A stretch of 64,000 nt of DNA from Octopus vulgaris (taxonomy: Eukaryota), in NCBI GenBank assembly GCA_951406725.2, contig OX597823.1:13764001-13828000 (forward strand), given 5' to 3'. The position numbers were made by a program, and so were the translations under genes. This document shows, piece by piece, positions 42,661 to 55,589 of this stretch. How positions within the stretch are numbered: position 1 is the first letter of the stretch; each line of letters opens with the position of its first letter. The notes beneath the pieces are model-generated. The model saw only the letters and a list, made by a program, of their open reading frames with translations, had not been told where the DNA came from and ran no database searches.

Positions 42661-43050
42661 TATTGAGAACAGTAAGAAACGATTATGAACTTTTCTATTG
42701 CAGTTTTTATAATATATTTGATAAGGTTCGTTTTTTCAAGAACCGAAACATGTAAAATTCATAAGAAAATTAAAATTTATCTAATATAGTGGCGTTTTCA
42801 AACTTCTTTTTTACAAATATATATATATATATATGGAGGGGTCTTTGTGCTCGTACCCCACCACTGCTTGACAGCAGATATTGGAGTGTTTACGTCCCCG
42901 TAACTTAAGTGTTCGGAAAATTGGACCAACAGAATAAGTACCAGGCTTAGCAAAACGATTAAGTATTGGCGTCGATTCATTCGACTAAAAACAATTTAAA
43001 GCGATGCCCCAGCATGGTCGCAGTCTAATGACTGAAACTAGCGAAAAATA
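42510..43050 (+). mobile_element. SINE family A, diverged, with a foreign insert in its TA tract
   Basis: Head 42510-42620, tail 42840-43050. Confidence 0.75.
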
Positions 43051-43549
43051 AACGATTAAAAAAAACAATGAAAGAAGCTACACGTTACGTCCATAACTTG
43101 AGCCAACCAATGCTATCAGGTGACGTAAGACAAGGACGCGCTTATATCGATGAAATATAAATGAGCAGATTAAAGGGGGGGGTGAATCTCGAATCTCGAC
43201 CCAGGAAACAGGTGTAAAGAAACTACTTGCGCGACATCTATTGAGTTCTCTCGACTTTATTCTGTAGACAAATATCTATATTTGAATACAGCGTATGTAT
43301 GTATATATGTGCTAATGATAAGAGACGGATGAAAAGTACTCAATACTGGCGGAAGTGAAAATGTTACATTACAAACACAGACACACATACATAGCAACAT
43401 ACACATTTATATGTATTTATGTATTTATGAGTGCGTGTGTGTGTATGTGTGTGTGTGTGCGTGTGTGTGTGTGTGCGTGTGTGTGTATATGCAAGTCTCT
43501 TTGTGTTTTTACATATATATGTACATGTACGAGTATAAATATTTATTTT

Positions 43550-43764
43550 TTTATTGCCCACAGGGGGCTAAACATAGAGGAGACAAACGAGGACAGACAA
43601 AGGGTTTAAGTCCATTACGCCGACTCCAGTGCGTAACTGGTACTTATTTAATCAACCGCGAAAGGATGAAAGATAAAGTCGACCTCGGCAGAATTTGAAC
43701 TCAGAACTTAACGGGAGACGAAATACCGCCTGGCGTGCTAACGATTCTGCCAGCTCACCGCCTT
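43550..43764 (-). mobile_element. SINE family B
   Basis: Reverse-complement match. Confidence 0.85.
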
Positions 43765-44049
43765 ATGTATGAGTATAGATAGATAGAGAGGGGGGGAGGG
43801 GGATACCAGAATATCCACTAAGTGAAGTTGAATACGTCTCTTCGTAACTATATAGCTGTATCTGGGACGACTGTCGTCTGCCACAGTCTCAATTTACATA
43901 TAAGTGTGTGTATGCATGTGTTATTGTATATTGTACGTGTGTATATTACACACACACACACATATATATATACATACATACATATATATATCCTTAAATC
44001 CTTAAAAATGTTTTAGCCCGAAGGCCGCGGCCATGCTGGGGCACCACCG

Positions 44050-44084
<35 letters not shown>

Positions 44085-44086
<2 letters not shown>

Positions 44087-44568
44087 AATTGATCAAAATA
44101 AAAATAAAAACATGAGGCGAAGGATTCAGCGGTACATATGTTTCGGGCCTTTATTAGACAGATTTATAACAAAGCATAATGTATGTCTGTGGCCTTCTTC
44201 AGCCGCGCACAACAGCTTCCACAAGGACATGTGTTACATCAAAAATTCTTGGTTGGGGATGCAAATCCTCTCGTTCACGTACGACATAATTCGGCAGCAG
44301 CATAGAATTGAAGCGATTGAGAGAAGAAAGAGATGGACGCTTCAATTCTATGCTGCTGCCGCATTATGTCGTACGTGAACGAGAGGATTTGCATCCCCAA
44401 CCAAGAATTTTTGATGTAATACATGTCCTTGTGGAAGCTGTTGTGCGCGGCTGAAGAAGGCCACAGACATACATTATGCTTTGTTATAAATCTGTCTAAT
44501 AAAGGCCCGAAACATATGTACCGCTGAATCCTTCGCCTCATGTTTTTATTTTTATTTTGATCAATTTA
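44085..44568. repeat. near-perfect fold-back, 231-bp arms, 22-nt loop; probable inverted Penelope-like pseudo-LTR
   Basis: 44085-44315 vs 44338-44568, two mismatches seen; mirror-image ORFs in the track. Confidence 0.95.
44447..44524 (+). ncRNA. minimal type I hammerhead ribozyme motif (mirror copy on the minus strand at 44129-44206)
   Basis: GCGG-CTGAAGA-A-GGCC..GGCCC-GAAA-CATATGTA-CCGC: stem I GCGG/CCGC, palindromic stem III ACATATGT, predicted GUA cleavage at 44520. Confidence 0.75.
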
Positions 44569-44647
44569 CTCCACCACCTACACCACCAAACGGTATACAC
44601 AGGTGCTTATAATTATCAAGTACTCACCCCGAATTTCTATACTCAAC

Positions 44648-44748
<101 letters not shown>

Positions 44749-45919
44749 TTCAATATATGTAAACGAGTATATGTATTTTATTTGCAACTGAAGCCTCTTG
44801 AATCTTGCCGTCGGGTAACACCAAGCATTTATTCAAATGATTATTGAATGGAAGCAGTGCGTGACAATATACAAGCAAAAATGTACATAAATGCATTGAA
44901 ATAGGTTTAGTTATCGAGATTTGATGAGCTGACAAAAATATTAGCAAATGGACACATTCATCTATCCAATTACCTATATTTGAACTCATGGTATATTCAT
45001 CATAATATCACATCAAAATCGTGATATTTTCATGTCTTAAGCAATATAATTTTAAAGCATACAAAAGCAAGAAATGTGACAATTGTTAAGTTTTTGTGCT
45101 CAGAAATGTTTACTTATTTAAAATTTTTTTGTTTATTTATTCTTTTTTCAATATTTGACCAGCATTCGCCTCATAACTAATATCTCGTTTGGGAAATAAA
45201 ATATTTCTACTAGTCTCTTTACTCTTTTAACAGTTTTAATTTTTTCCTTAATTATAGATGGAAAATTTTTTATTTTGCACACAACTGAGACATTCTGTAA
45301 TAAGATGTTAAACTTCTCCAACAGACAGAGCTCAAAGCTTCTGGGCCTGTTAAACTAAGTTAAGACCGTGCTCTGTAATAGAACAGTCAAGTATATATTT
45401 GTTAATATAATCACCATTTAATTTCCATGCATGTTTTGGGTTGTTTCTGAATGTTTATGTATGTCGTGGGAATCTTTTTCACGGGGATTTTCAGTAAGCC
45501 TTATATATACTTCTATTTCATTGAGTTTTGTAAGAGATACCGTATTTCGATTGATGGAAAAGATATCATGGCTATTGCAACTGCAACGTGGAACAGAGTT
45601 TTGTGTGTCTGTATTGAAATAAGTTCACTTATTTACACTGGCTTTCGAAACAGTGACGGTTTCTTTTTCTTTTCTTTTTTTGGGGTTTTTTTTTTGTGTG
45701 CAACTCTATCTCTCCTTTTCGGTGTTTCTATTAAAGAGTTTCTGATATTTTAATCAACGGGGAAAACTTATTTATAAGTTTAGGAAAATCGTGACAGAAA
45801 ATGGAACAAATTATTAAACTAATATTCATATTTTTGCATTCTTTAGTATTAGTGCTTCTGTGTATCTGACGCTACGATCTCTTAGTACATTATTACAATA
45901 ATGAACATCATGTTGCGTT

Positions 45920-46490
45920 AGGAGGGAAGGACGAGTGAGAAGAGTGAACGATCGTGACTCCGGTTGCTCGCTTTTCGTATGCCATCTTTCGCACCAGTCA
46001 CCCACCTTGCCGCCTCGAAGGGGCGGATTGTGCCGTTTGGATGAAGAGACTCAATAGATCGCAGTGTTGTAGCTGCACTACTAAGCACGTCACTCCGAAG
46101 AGGCACCCGCGTCCTCTTCGTCTCGATCTCTTCGAGCAAGTCGGGGTGGCGATGGGACACGTAGTCGGCCACGCGGACGCCGCCCGGGGCGCGTCCAGTC
46201 GTTCTCTTCACTCGGCTGTGGTAGTAGATAGGGACAGTGGGAATCCCGTTTATCCAGTGGCCTAGCGCGAGGTAAGAAGGACGAATGAGAAGAGGGAACG
46301 ATCGTGCCGCGGCCGCCGCCTCCGTTTGCTCGCTTTTTGTATGCCATCTTTCACGCCAGTCACCCACCTTTCAGTCTCAAAGGGGCGGATCGTGCCGTTG
46401 CACTACTAATCACGTCACTCCGAAGCGGCACGGGGTCCCTTTCGTCTCGATCTCTTCGGGCAATTCGGGGCGGCGGCGGGACACGTAGTC
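45920..46490. repeat. GC/CpG-rich island with a diverged direct duplication (period about 350 bp)
   Basis: GAAGGACGA.TGAGAAGAG.GAACGATCGTG at about 45926 and 46276, followed by colinear blocks. Confidence 0.8.
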
Positions 46491-46863
46491 AATTTTGGAA
46501 GAGAGCCATGTAAATCTACCAGATAGATAGAAGAGTATTGTAGAAAATGAAGAAGAGTATATTTTAGAAAAAAGAAGTATTAAAAAAGAAGTTTGTTTAT
46601 CTTAATTTTGAAAAATAATAGACGTATAAAAACCGCATTTTTTATGGGTTGATCCTTATATATATAATCTTCGGTATTTTACAACGAGTATTTTGAAGTT
46701 TAACGTAATGATCAGAAATTACAATGGGATCATACGATGGAGCTGACGTCTGTGAATTGAAAGGATCGTAGATTTCGAGCCTACGCTCTTCTACAGAAAT
46801 GGACACAGAAAAAACGAGGAGAGAAACAAGGAGAGAAAAAATGTATGTAGTGGCTAACGATCT

Positions 46864-46909
<46 letters not shown>

Positions 46910-48117
46910 TTCTTTATACGTAATATGGTTTTTCGTAATACAAAATTTTCTATACTATCGTCTATTTTAGCAGGTTGCTATTTATTTTCTGCATAATATT
47001 GTAAACACTAGAATCGTAAGTATTTTTAGAGAAGTGCATAGGATTTGTTCAGAGATAGTTTAATCTATATTTTTAGGTTTCAATTATAAATTCTTTTCAA
47101 AATTGTGTACAATTTGCGCTAACTCTATTTTCAAATGTTTAAAACAGATTCTAGTCTTACAAACAACAAACTCGCACTAGACGTTCATGATATAAATACG
47201 TTAATAAAAATTGCTTCTTATTAATTTTCCCCTTTCAAACAATTATAAATTTAATGATAGATTATTAATGTAATTTCTGAGAAAGGCCTGAATCAAAACT
47301 ATATATTTGTCCTCGGCAGTTGTGGATGAGGGTAATGTCATAGTTTATCATCAGTGTTTTCTGTGGTATTTTTATGGATGTAGTTACTTCTTTTCCTTTA
47401 CGTTCTAGCTTCAAACCACACAGAACTCGATTTTACCTTGTTGTCAGGTCATGATTGGAATCTTCGTTGAACAATACTGATTAAAAAAAGGGGAACAGTT
47501 CTTGCGGAATCAGCAAAATAAATACTAAGAGAATATGATAAGCTATTTAATACAGTTGCAAGGCTTTTCACTTGTACCCATAGTTTATGCTTTTAATCTT
47601 GTCGTACATGATCTGAGAAATTAAATTAATAACTCTGAGTTAACGAAGTAACCTGTATGCGGTCTCTTGACCGGATAGACACAGCAGCCAGATCTTCCTC
47701 AAATCATATCCACCTGCCTGAAAAGAGAAAAGAATACACTGGAACATATAGATTTGAAAGCATATTACCCAACAAAGAAACGGAATGGTCACCGCTCCAA
47801 CGCTTTCAACTGCTCAGTCAGGACTGGTCGGCGGTGAAACATTAGCAACAACAGCAACTTTAGCAGCAGAACAAGCAACAACAAAAGCAACTAATACAAA
47901 TTAATGAAAATCCCCAATTTCTACTATACAACTGTTGTTGGTATTGGTGAGTTTTTTTCGTCCCAGAAGAGCATCAATCGAGTAAACATAAAAGCAAATT
48001 TGTTCCAGACATGTCTACGATTTTTTTAACCATATTTTGAAAGTATCTCGAAAGAAATATCCAAATATTCACAGGTTTTCAATGTTAACGGTAATTACAT
48101 AGAAGTCTAAGATTCGC

Positions 48118-49221
48118 GATCTTGCAATGGTATTTGTAGACTTTTATAAAGCGTTCGATTCTGTAGATAGGTACAAGATGTTTGAAATCCTTAAGCTCTA
48201 TGGGATACCAGACAAAATTATTTCTGCCATCAAGGTCCTCTACACAGATACGTCTTCAACCATCTTAACCCCTGATGGAGAAACATCATCTTTCTCAATC
48301 AAAGCCGGAATACTGCAGGGAGACACACTCGCCCCATTTCTTTTCATCATTGTTGTTGATTATGTGCTACGTATGTCAGTTGATACCATCTCTGGCAAGG
48401 GCTTTGAAATAAAACCAAGAAGAAGTTTCAGACACCCAGCTGAGTACTTGACAGACACTGACTTTGCTGACGACATCGCTCTTATCAGTGATTCTCTCTC
48501 CAATGCCCAGTCTCTTTTACAATCTCTTGAACAATCCTCAAATTGTGTAGGTCTTTACCTCAATGAGGCCAAAACTGAATACATAAACAAGTGCCTGTCC
48601 AACAGTGATTGCATCATCCATACTCTCAACAGTGCGCCTTTAAATATGGTTTCTGATTATAAATATCTTGGGTCATACATATCATCATCTGGAAAATACT
48701 TCCTAACTAGAAAGGGTATGGCCTGGTCAGCCTATAATGACATGCATAAGATCTGGTCATCAAATCTGGGTGGAGACTTCAGGCTTGGGGTATTCAAAGC
48801 CACAGTCGAACCGGTTCTACTGTATGGCTCAGAGGCCTGGACGTTGTCGGAGAGGCTTGGGGGGCGGTTGGGTGGAGCCTGCACTCGCCTCCTTGTGGGA
48901 GCTCAGGGTCTCTCGTGGGGGCGCCATCCGGCCAGGGTGCGGATGTGTAGGAAATTGCCGCCTGTGTCATCTCTTGTGAAAGGTAGGAGAGTCCAGTTTG
49001 CTGGACATTGTTGTAGAGCTGAAAAAGAAGTAATTTCTACTCTTCTCCTCTGGAAGCCATCTACTCGCAATACTAGAGGGCGCACACTCTCCTACCCTGA
49101 TGTAATCTCCAGGGATACAGGCATCCAGCAACAGGACCTCCGTAATGCTATGATGGAGTGTGAAGTCTGGCGTAACATAGTAAATTCCATTGTCTCGACC
49201 ACGGTCGAACAATGATGATGA
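48118..49221 (+). mobile_element. 5'-truncated RTE-type LINE (RT C-terminal ORF 48127-49215) with a 10-bp TSD
   Basis: FVDFYKAFDSV, GILQGDTLAPFLF, FADD, YKYLGS, LLYGSE.W, FAGH; (TGA)n tail; TAAGATTCGC at 48108-48117 and 49222-49231. Confidence 0.93.
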
Positions 49222-49922
49222 TAAGATTCGCTAGTAAAGCTATGATAATGTAGAAACGCATTTGGAGTTGTCTCCCGTTTCATTTTTTTTTTTTTTTTAG
49301 CGTAAATATAAAATAATATTAGTCATGGATGTCTTCCTTTTATTTTTATTTGTTTTTATCAAAGGGCTAAAATTTTTCATGTTAAATATTTCAAGATGTC
49401 TCCATTAAACATGTTAATATATGCTATATACCTGCCTGAACTGCAGAAAGAAATTCTTGTGAAGTATCCAATGGCTTCTGTAATGAATGTGTTAAATATT
49501 ATATGAAGTATGTTTGAACATCAAAAATATTTAGTTTCTGCCCTAAGCCATATTTTCTTTGGGAAGAGACTCAGCGCTTCTCACACCAAATAGATTAAAA
49601 CGAAAGTTGAACTCAGTGAGATTTGAATACATGGCTTATAGGCGCGTAAATACTTACTGCGCTGCATTTTGTTTGATGTTCTTTATAATTTTAAATTCAC
49701 CAGCTTCATAAGAACATAAGTTGCGTAGTATTTCAGCAAAGAGCTGTAAGTGCATTGAATTATTACCTCCCTTACAAAAAAATTAAGAGTTATTTCCCTT
49801 GATATTAATAATTTTCTTGGAATTAATTTTTTTGCTTTGCATGTTCAGCATGTGTGCACCTATGGGGGGGGTGTCTCTTTATGCTTGTATTTGATACACG
49901 TACACGCGCGTACTCTCCTGTA

Positions 49923-49991
<69 letters not shown>

Positions 49992-49996
49992 ATATA

Positions 49997-50150
49997 TTTC
50001 TTTACTGGGGCTAAACACAGAGGGGACAAACAAAGACAGACAAAGGGATTAAGTCGATTACATCGACCTCGGCGGAATTTGAACTCGGAGACGAAATACG
50101 GCTACGCAAGTCGCCCGGCGTGCTAACGTTTCTGACAGCTCGCCGCCTTA
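49997..50150 (-). mobile_element. SINE family B, internally deleted
   Basis: Reverse-complement match. Confidence 0.8.
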
Positions 50151-50604
50151 ATATATATACATATTGCAGTTGTTAGTTGTAGCAGCACTGCATCCTTCAA
50201 AACTTCCATGCATACTGAGACTCGCCAACACGACCCCTTATTTTCTCCCTTCCATACACATGCAAGCATGTATCTGACTCATATGCTGTTCCCTTCCCAG
50301 ACATTGGTACATTACTGCATATGTTTTATACGCACTTTTGCTCCAGAAAGGCTACCATAAACAATCTATTTGTGTGCTTTTCCTATTCCTTCGACATATA
50401 GCAAGATGTTAACAATAACGACTAGCAAATTAATCTCTGAATATCTTTTCAACAATTTACATATTGTACGTCTTTAATCGCTAGAGGTAAAAATAAGTCA
50501 GCATCTGTTCTAGCGGGATTTTAACTTGGAATACAGAAAACTTTATTGATTACTTAAAAGAAAGACAAACTCAATGATTAGGTAATTATCTTGCCAGCAG
50601 TACA

Positions 50605-50993
50605 TCTTCTTTATATATAAAAGTAAGGTTGTGTGTCTGTCTCCTACGATTTAGATTCCTAACTACTCCCACATTTTGCGGTGCAGTTTAACCAAAACCG
50701 GGTATCTTATAGTCGTGATTCATATCGAGCCCTTCTGGGTATTAGCGCGTGTCTACGATGAGTCTACGATTAAAAAAAAAATTACCATAATTTTTTTTCC
50801 ATTTTAATGCATTTTTTCGCTATTATATAAGGGAAGTAACTCTCTAAAAATGTCTACGATGAGTCAACGATTAAAAAAAAAATTTTCTCCCATTTTTAAT
50901 GAATTTTTTGCCATTTTTTGGCTACAACTCTCTAAAAATGCTTATATAGTTATTTCCCTTACAAACCCGAGCAACGCCGGGCGATACTGCTAG
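50605..50993 (+). mobile_element. non-autonomous Helitron
   Basis: A|TC..hairpin..CTAG|T. Confidence 0.88.
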
Positions 50994-51219
50994 TTTGGAA
51001 TAAAATGAATGATATTGCAAGTGTTAATTCCCATGAAAATGGCTTCTGTTTATTCTTCCTTCTAGAATTCAGAAAGGGAGACAATAATCTCTGAAGAAAT
51101 ACTTAGATATATTTTAGTACTATTGTAATTCATTGCAATATATGTGGTTCAATTCGTACTTCGGATTGGCATAAACAACTGTTTAACTAAAGCTATGAAT
51201 TCGTGTATATTTTAAATAC

Positions 51220-51410
51220 ATTCTTTTATTCTTTTACTTGTTTCAGTCAATTGACTGTGGCCATGTGTGAGCACCGCCTTTTAGTCGAAAAAAATCGACC
51301 CTTGCACTTATTCTTTGTAATCCTGGTGCTTACTTTATCGGTCTCTTCTGCCGAACTGCTGGGTATCGGTTATTAAATGATTGACGGGGAAAGGGGACAA
51401 ACACAGATAT
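51220..51410 (-). mobile_element. SINE family A, 3' half
   Basis: Reverse-complement match; inverted relative to the 51688 copy. Confidence 0.75.
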
Positions 51411-51425
51411 AAACACTCCTACGCC

Positions 51426-51462
<37 letters not shown>

Positions 51463-51499
51463 GTATGCATGTATGTATGTATGTATGTATGTATGTATG

Positions 51500-51605
<106 letters not shown>

Positions 51606-51643
51606 CATACATACATAAATATATACATACATACATACATACA

Positions 51644-51679
<36 letters not shown>

Positions 51680-51687
51680 TATATATA

Positions 51688-52094
51688 GGCGTAGGAGTGG
51701 CTGTGTGGTAAGTAGCTTGCTTATGAACCACATGGTTCCGGGTTCAGTCCCACTGCGTGGCACATTGGGAAAGTGTCTTCTACTATAGCTTTGGGCCGAC
51801 AAAAGCCTTGTGAGTGGACTTGGTAGACGGAAGCTGAAAGCCCGTCGTATATATGTATATATATATGAGTATGTGTGTATATATGTCTGTGTGTTTGTCC
51901 CCCCAACATCGCTTGACAACCGATGCTGGTGTGTTTACGTCTCCGTAACTTAGCGGTTCGGCAAAACAGGCCGATAGAATAAGTACTAGGCTTCCAACGT
52001 CGATTTGCTCGACTAAGGTCGATTTGCTCGACTAAGGGCGGGGCGGTGCTCCAGCATGGCCACAGTCAAATGGCTGAAACAAGTTAAAGAGTAA

Positions 52095-52095
<1 letters not shown>
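51688..52095 (+). mobile_element. SINE family A
   Basis: Matches other copies. Confidence 0.9.
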
Positions 52096-52135
<40 letters not shown>

Positions 52136-52658
52136 CTTTGTATATATATGTAGTATGTATGTATGTATGTATGTATGTATGTTGTATGTATGTATGTATG
52201 TGTATGTATGTATGTATGTATGTATGTATGTATGTATGTATGTATGTATGTATGATGTATGCATGTATGTATGTATGTATGTGTGTATATGGGCTTGTGT
52301 TTGTCCATCTCCTATCACTTGATAACCGAGAGAAGTCCCAGATTTCAAAAAAAATAAGAACTGGTGTGTAATTGTTTGCCTTAAAAGCTAACAGTCTGCT
52401 ATTTCAGGAGGTTGTTTTCACAGCGCAGAGGTTGTTTCCCTTGCATGAATCATTCCCTTCTCTTTAAAGTTCTTTCAAACAAGGGAAGTAACCATTGCCT
52501 ACTTCTACTCATTCTCATACTCGTCACGTGTGATAAGACGTTGATCAAAGCTTCAACGCCCAACTTTTTAGACAAGGGAGGCAACCACTGTCGCCTAGTC
52601 TTCAACTCCTGCTTTCAGAAAGCAGCAGCAGCAGCAACAGCGGCAATTCAGTAGCAGC

Positions 52659-52714
<56 letters not shown>

Positions 52715-53077
52715 GCGATAGTTAGAGGCAATGTATTGATCTATAATTATGTGTAACAAAATTGTTTTCCGTCAAATACAACATGGCATATTGTTATGCC
52801 ATTACCATTCCTTCTTTCTTCATACCATCTCTCTCGTGGTCTATATGCACTAACATGAACGCGCGCGCGCACACAGACACGCACACACACACACACATAC
52901 GCACACACGCACACACGCACACACACATACGCACACGCATATATATACATATCTAAATACACACACACACACGCATACATGTGTATGCATATACGTGTGT
53001 TTATGCGACGAGACACAGAGAGAGAGAGAGTGGAAGAGGGAAATGAGAGAAAGAGAAGAGAAGGAAAGAGAGAGAAA

Positions 53078-53335
53078 AATGCACGTGGCCTAGTGGTTAG
53101 GCTGTTGCACACACACGATCGCTATATCGTGGGTTCGATTCCTTGATTGGGCGGCGCGTCGTGTTCTTGAACAAAGCAGTCCATTTCACGTTGCTTAACT
53201 CACCCTTTCGATCCGGAAGGAATGTTGGCCTGTTCGCCAGGCCAGCATGATGACGTCACTCGAAGCGTAAACCGATGCAAAACGCATTGTGATCAGCGAT
53301 GTGAGACAACATCTGATAGTCAGATTGGTCACGTG
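53078..53335 (+). mobile_element. diverged tRNA SINE (D-like head, C-like tail)
   Basis: TGGCCTAGTGGTTAG A box, GGTTCGATTCC B box; tail matches 38740-38830. Confidence 0.7.
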
Positions 53336-53367
53336 TTATGCACACACACACACACACACACAATGTA

Positions 53368-53406
<39 letters not shown>

Positions 53407-53544
53407 TCATACATAGACCTATTTATGTGTATGCGTATATATATTTATACACACACATGTATACATACGAATCTACATACTTACATAGATTCACATGTAT
53501 GCACGCATATATATATAAATACTTAAGTTTGTGTGATGTGAGTA

Positions 53545-53640
53545 CGTGTGCGCGCTCGTGTGTCTGTGTGTATGTCTGTGTATGCGCGTGTGTGTTTGCG
53601 TATCTGTGTCTGCTGCGTGTGTGTGTGTGTGCGTTTGTTT

Positions 53641-53683
<43 letters not shown>

Positions 53684-53760
53684 GTGCGTGTGCGTGTGTG
53701 TGTTTGTGTGTGTCTGTGTGTGTCTGTGTGTGTGTGTGCGTGTGTGTGTTTGTGTGTGTC

Positions 53761-53805
<45 letters not shown>

Positions 53806-53915
53806 GTGTGTCTGTGTGTCTATGTGTGTCTGTGTGTGTGCGTGCGTGTGTCTGTGTGTGTCTGTGTGTGTCTGTGTGTGCGCGTGTGTGTTTGTGTGTG
53901 TCTGTGTGTGTCTAT
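53545..53915. repeat. degenerate (GT)n tract
   Basis: Direct reading. Confidence 0.95.
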
Positions 53916-54438
53916 GTTTTCCTTCAGTCTCTAATTCTTGGATTCTGTTTATACCCTACAGTGGTCCCTTATCCTTATTGTAGAATGTAACGTGTTCGAC
54001 GCACAGAAAAGATAAGCACCATTTTGACACCTGTTTCTCTGTGGCTAACCTGAGAATATTTCCCCCAAAATATTTAGAATGTTATGTACAGCTCTTCATG
54101 TGATTGCAACATTCTCAAAGAGTATGGTGATGCACTTAGCCAACTTTAATATCGCAACCTGATTGTAAGATGAAAGAAAAAACTATATGCCAGTCGTATT
54201 CAATAGCTTGGCCATTTCTCCGGCAGTCGATAAGGAATGCTAGAGGTACTTATACACTGAGTAGTGAAACAGCTGTCAAGATAAGAGTGTTACAGAATTC
54301 CTCTCCTTTAATTTTTCCTCCTATTCTACATTTTATACTTCATGTAAATATATGCATTAAACTTACTTGTGTTAATCTGCTTTATGCACACATATACACA
54401 CATACACACACATACACACACTGATAATTATATATATA

Positions 54439-54516
<78 letters not shown>

Positions 54517-54583
54517 CAAGCACAGGACAACTCCGACGAGAGAAAAATACGTAAGACGCATAATAAAAGATAAGTGCGGGACA

Positions 54584-54654
<71 letters not shown>

Positions 54655-54669
54655 TGGATAGATAGATAT

Positions 54670-54712
<43 letters not shown>

Positions 54713-54727
54713 TAGATATATATATAT

Positions 54728-54815
<88 letters not shown>

Positions 54816-54825
54816 GTGACTATAT

Positions 54826-55016
54826 ATATAAAGGGAAAGTTTACGAAAATAAACAAAAGACGAAGGCAGGTGCTGTGCAAACAAACAGATGTATTAGTAT
54901 AGCGCTCAGGAATAGAAAAAGTCTTTTACGTTTCGAACCTACGCTCTTCTACAGAAAGGTACACAGACAAAACAAGGAGAGAAAAAAATGTGTGTAGTAG
55001 CTAACGATCTATCATA
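54826..55016 (-). mobile_element. probable Penelope-like terminal fragment with a hammerhead-like motif; partial second copy at about 46770-46868
   Basis: Minus strand CTTT-CTGTAGAA-GAGCGTAGGTTC-GAAACGTA-AAAG; flanked by TA repeats. Confidence 0.55.
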
Positions 55017-55304
55017 TCTATATACGTATATATTAAACAGACATGTATACAAATACGAGGAGTACTGAAAATCCCTGTCTTTGGGTAAAAAAAAATACAG
55101 GAGAATCAATTAATTACGATTTCATTCAAAATATCTCTCTCTCAGAATCACACACTTATTGCAAAGGTACCTTCAGTTTTGTTTAAGTCTTGTAAGAGAA
55201 CTCTAGGATTTGGTACGTCTATTAGAAGGTATTTTTCCTTGATGATCAGACAGCTATATCCAGTCTATTAGCCAGTAATTATTACTATGATTATTAATAT
55301 TATC

Positions 55305-55366
55305 ATTCTTCTTCTTCTTCTTCTTCTTCTTCTTCTTCTTCTTCTTCTTCTTCTTCTTCTTCTTCC

Positions 55367-55429
<63 letters not shown>

Positions 55430-55453
55430 TATGATTATTATTATTATTATTAT

Positions 55454-55487
<34 letters not shown>

Positions 55488-55488
55488 T

Positions 55489-55569
<81 letters not shown>
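55305..55569. repeat. compound (CTT)n(ATA)n(ATT)n(AGT)n microsatellite
   Basis: Direct reading. Confidence 0.95.
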
Positions 55570-55570
<1 letters not shown>

Positions 55571-55589
55571 ATACGATTGTTTTACTTTC

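Noticed and set aside
44112-44541. Twin 88-aa ORFs on opposite strands
   Set aside because: By-product of the inverted repeat.
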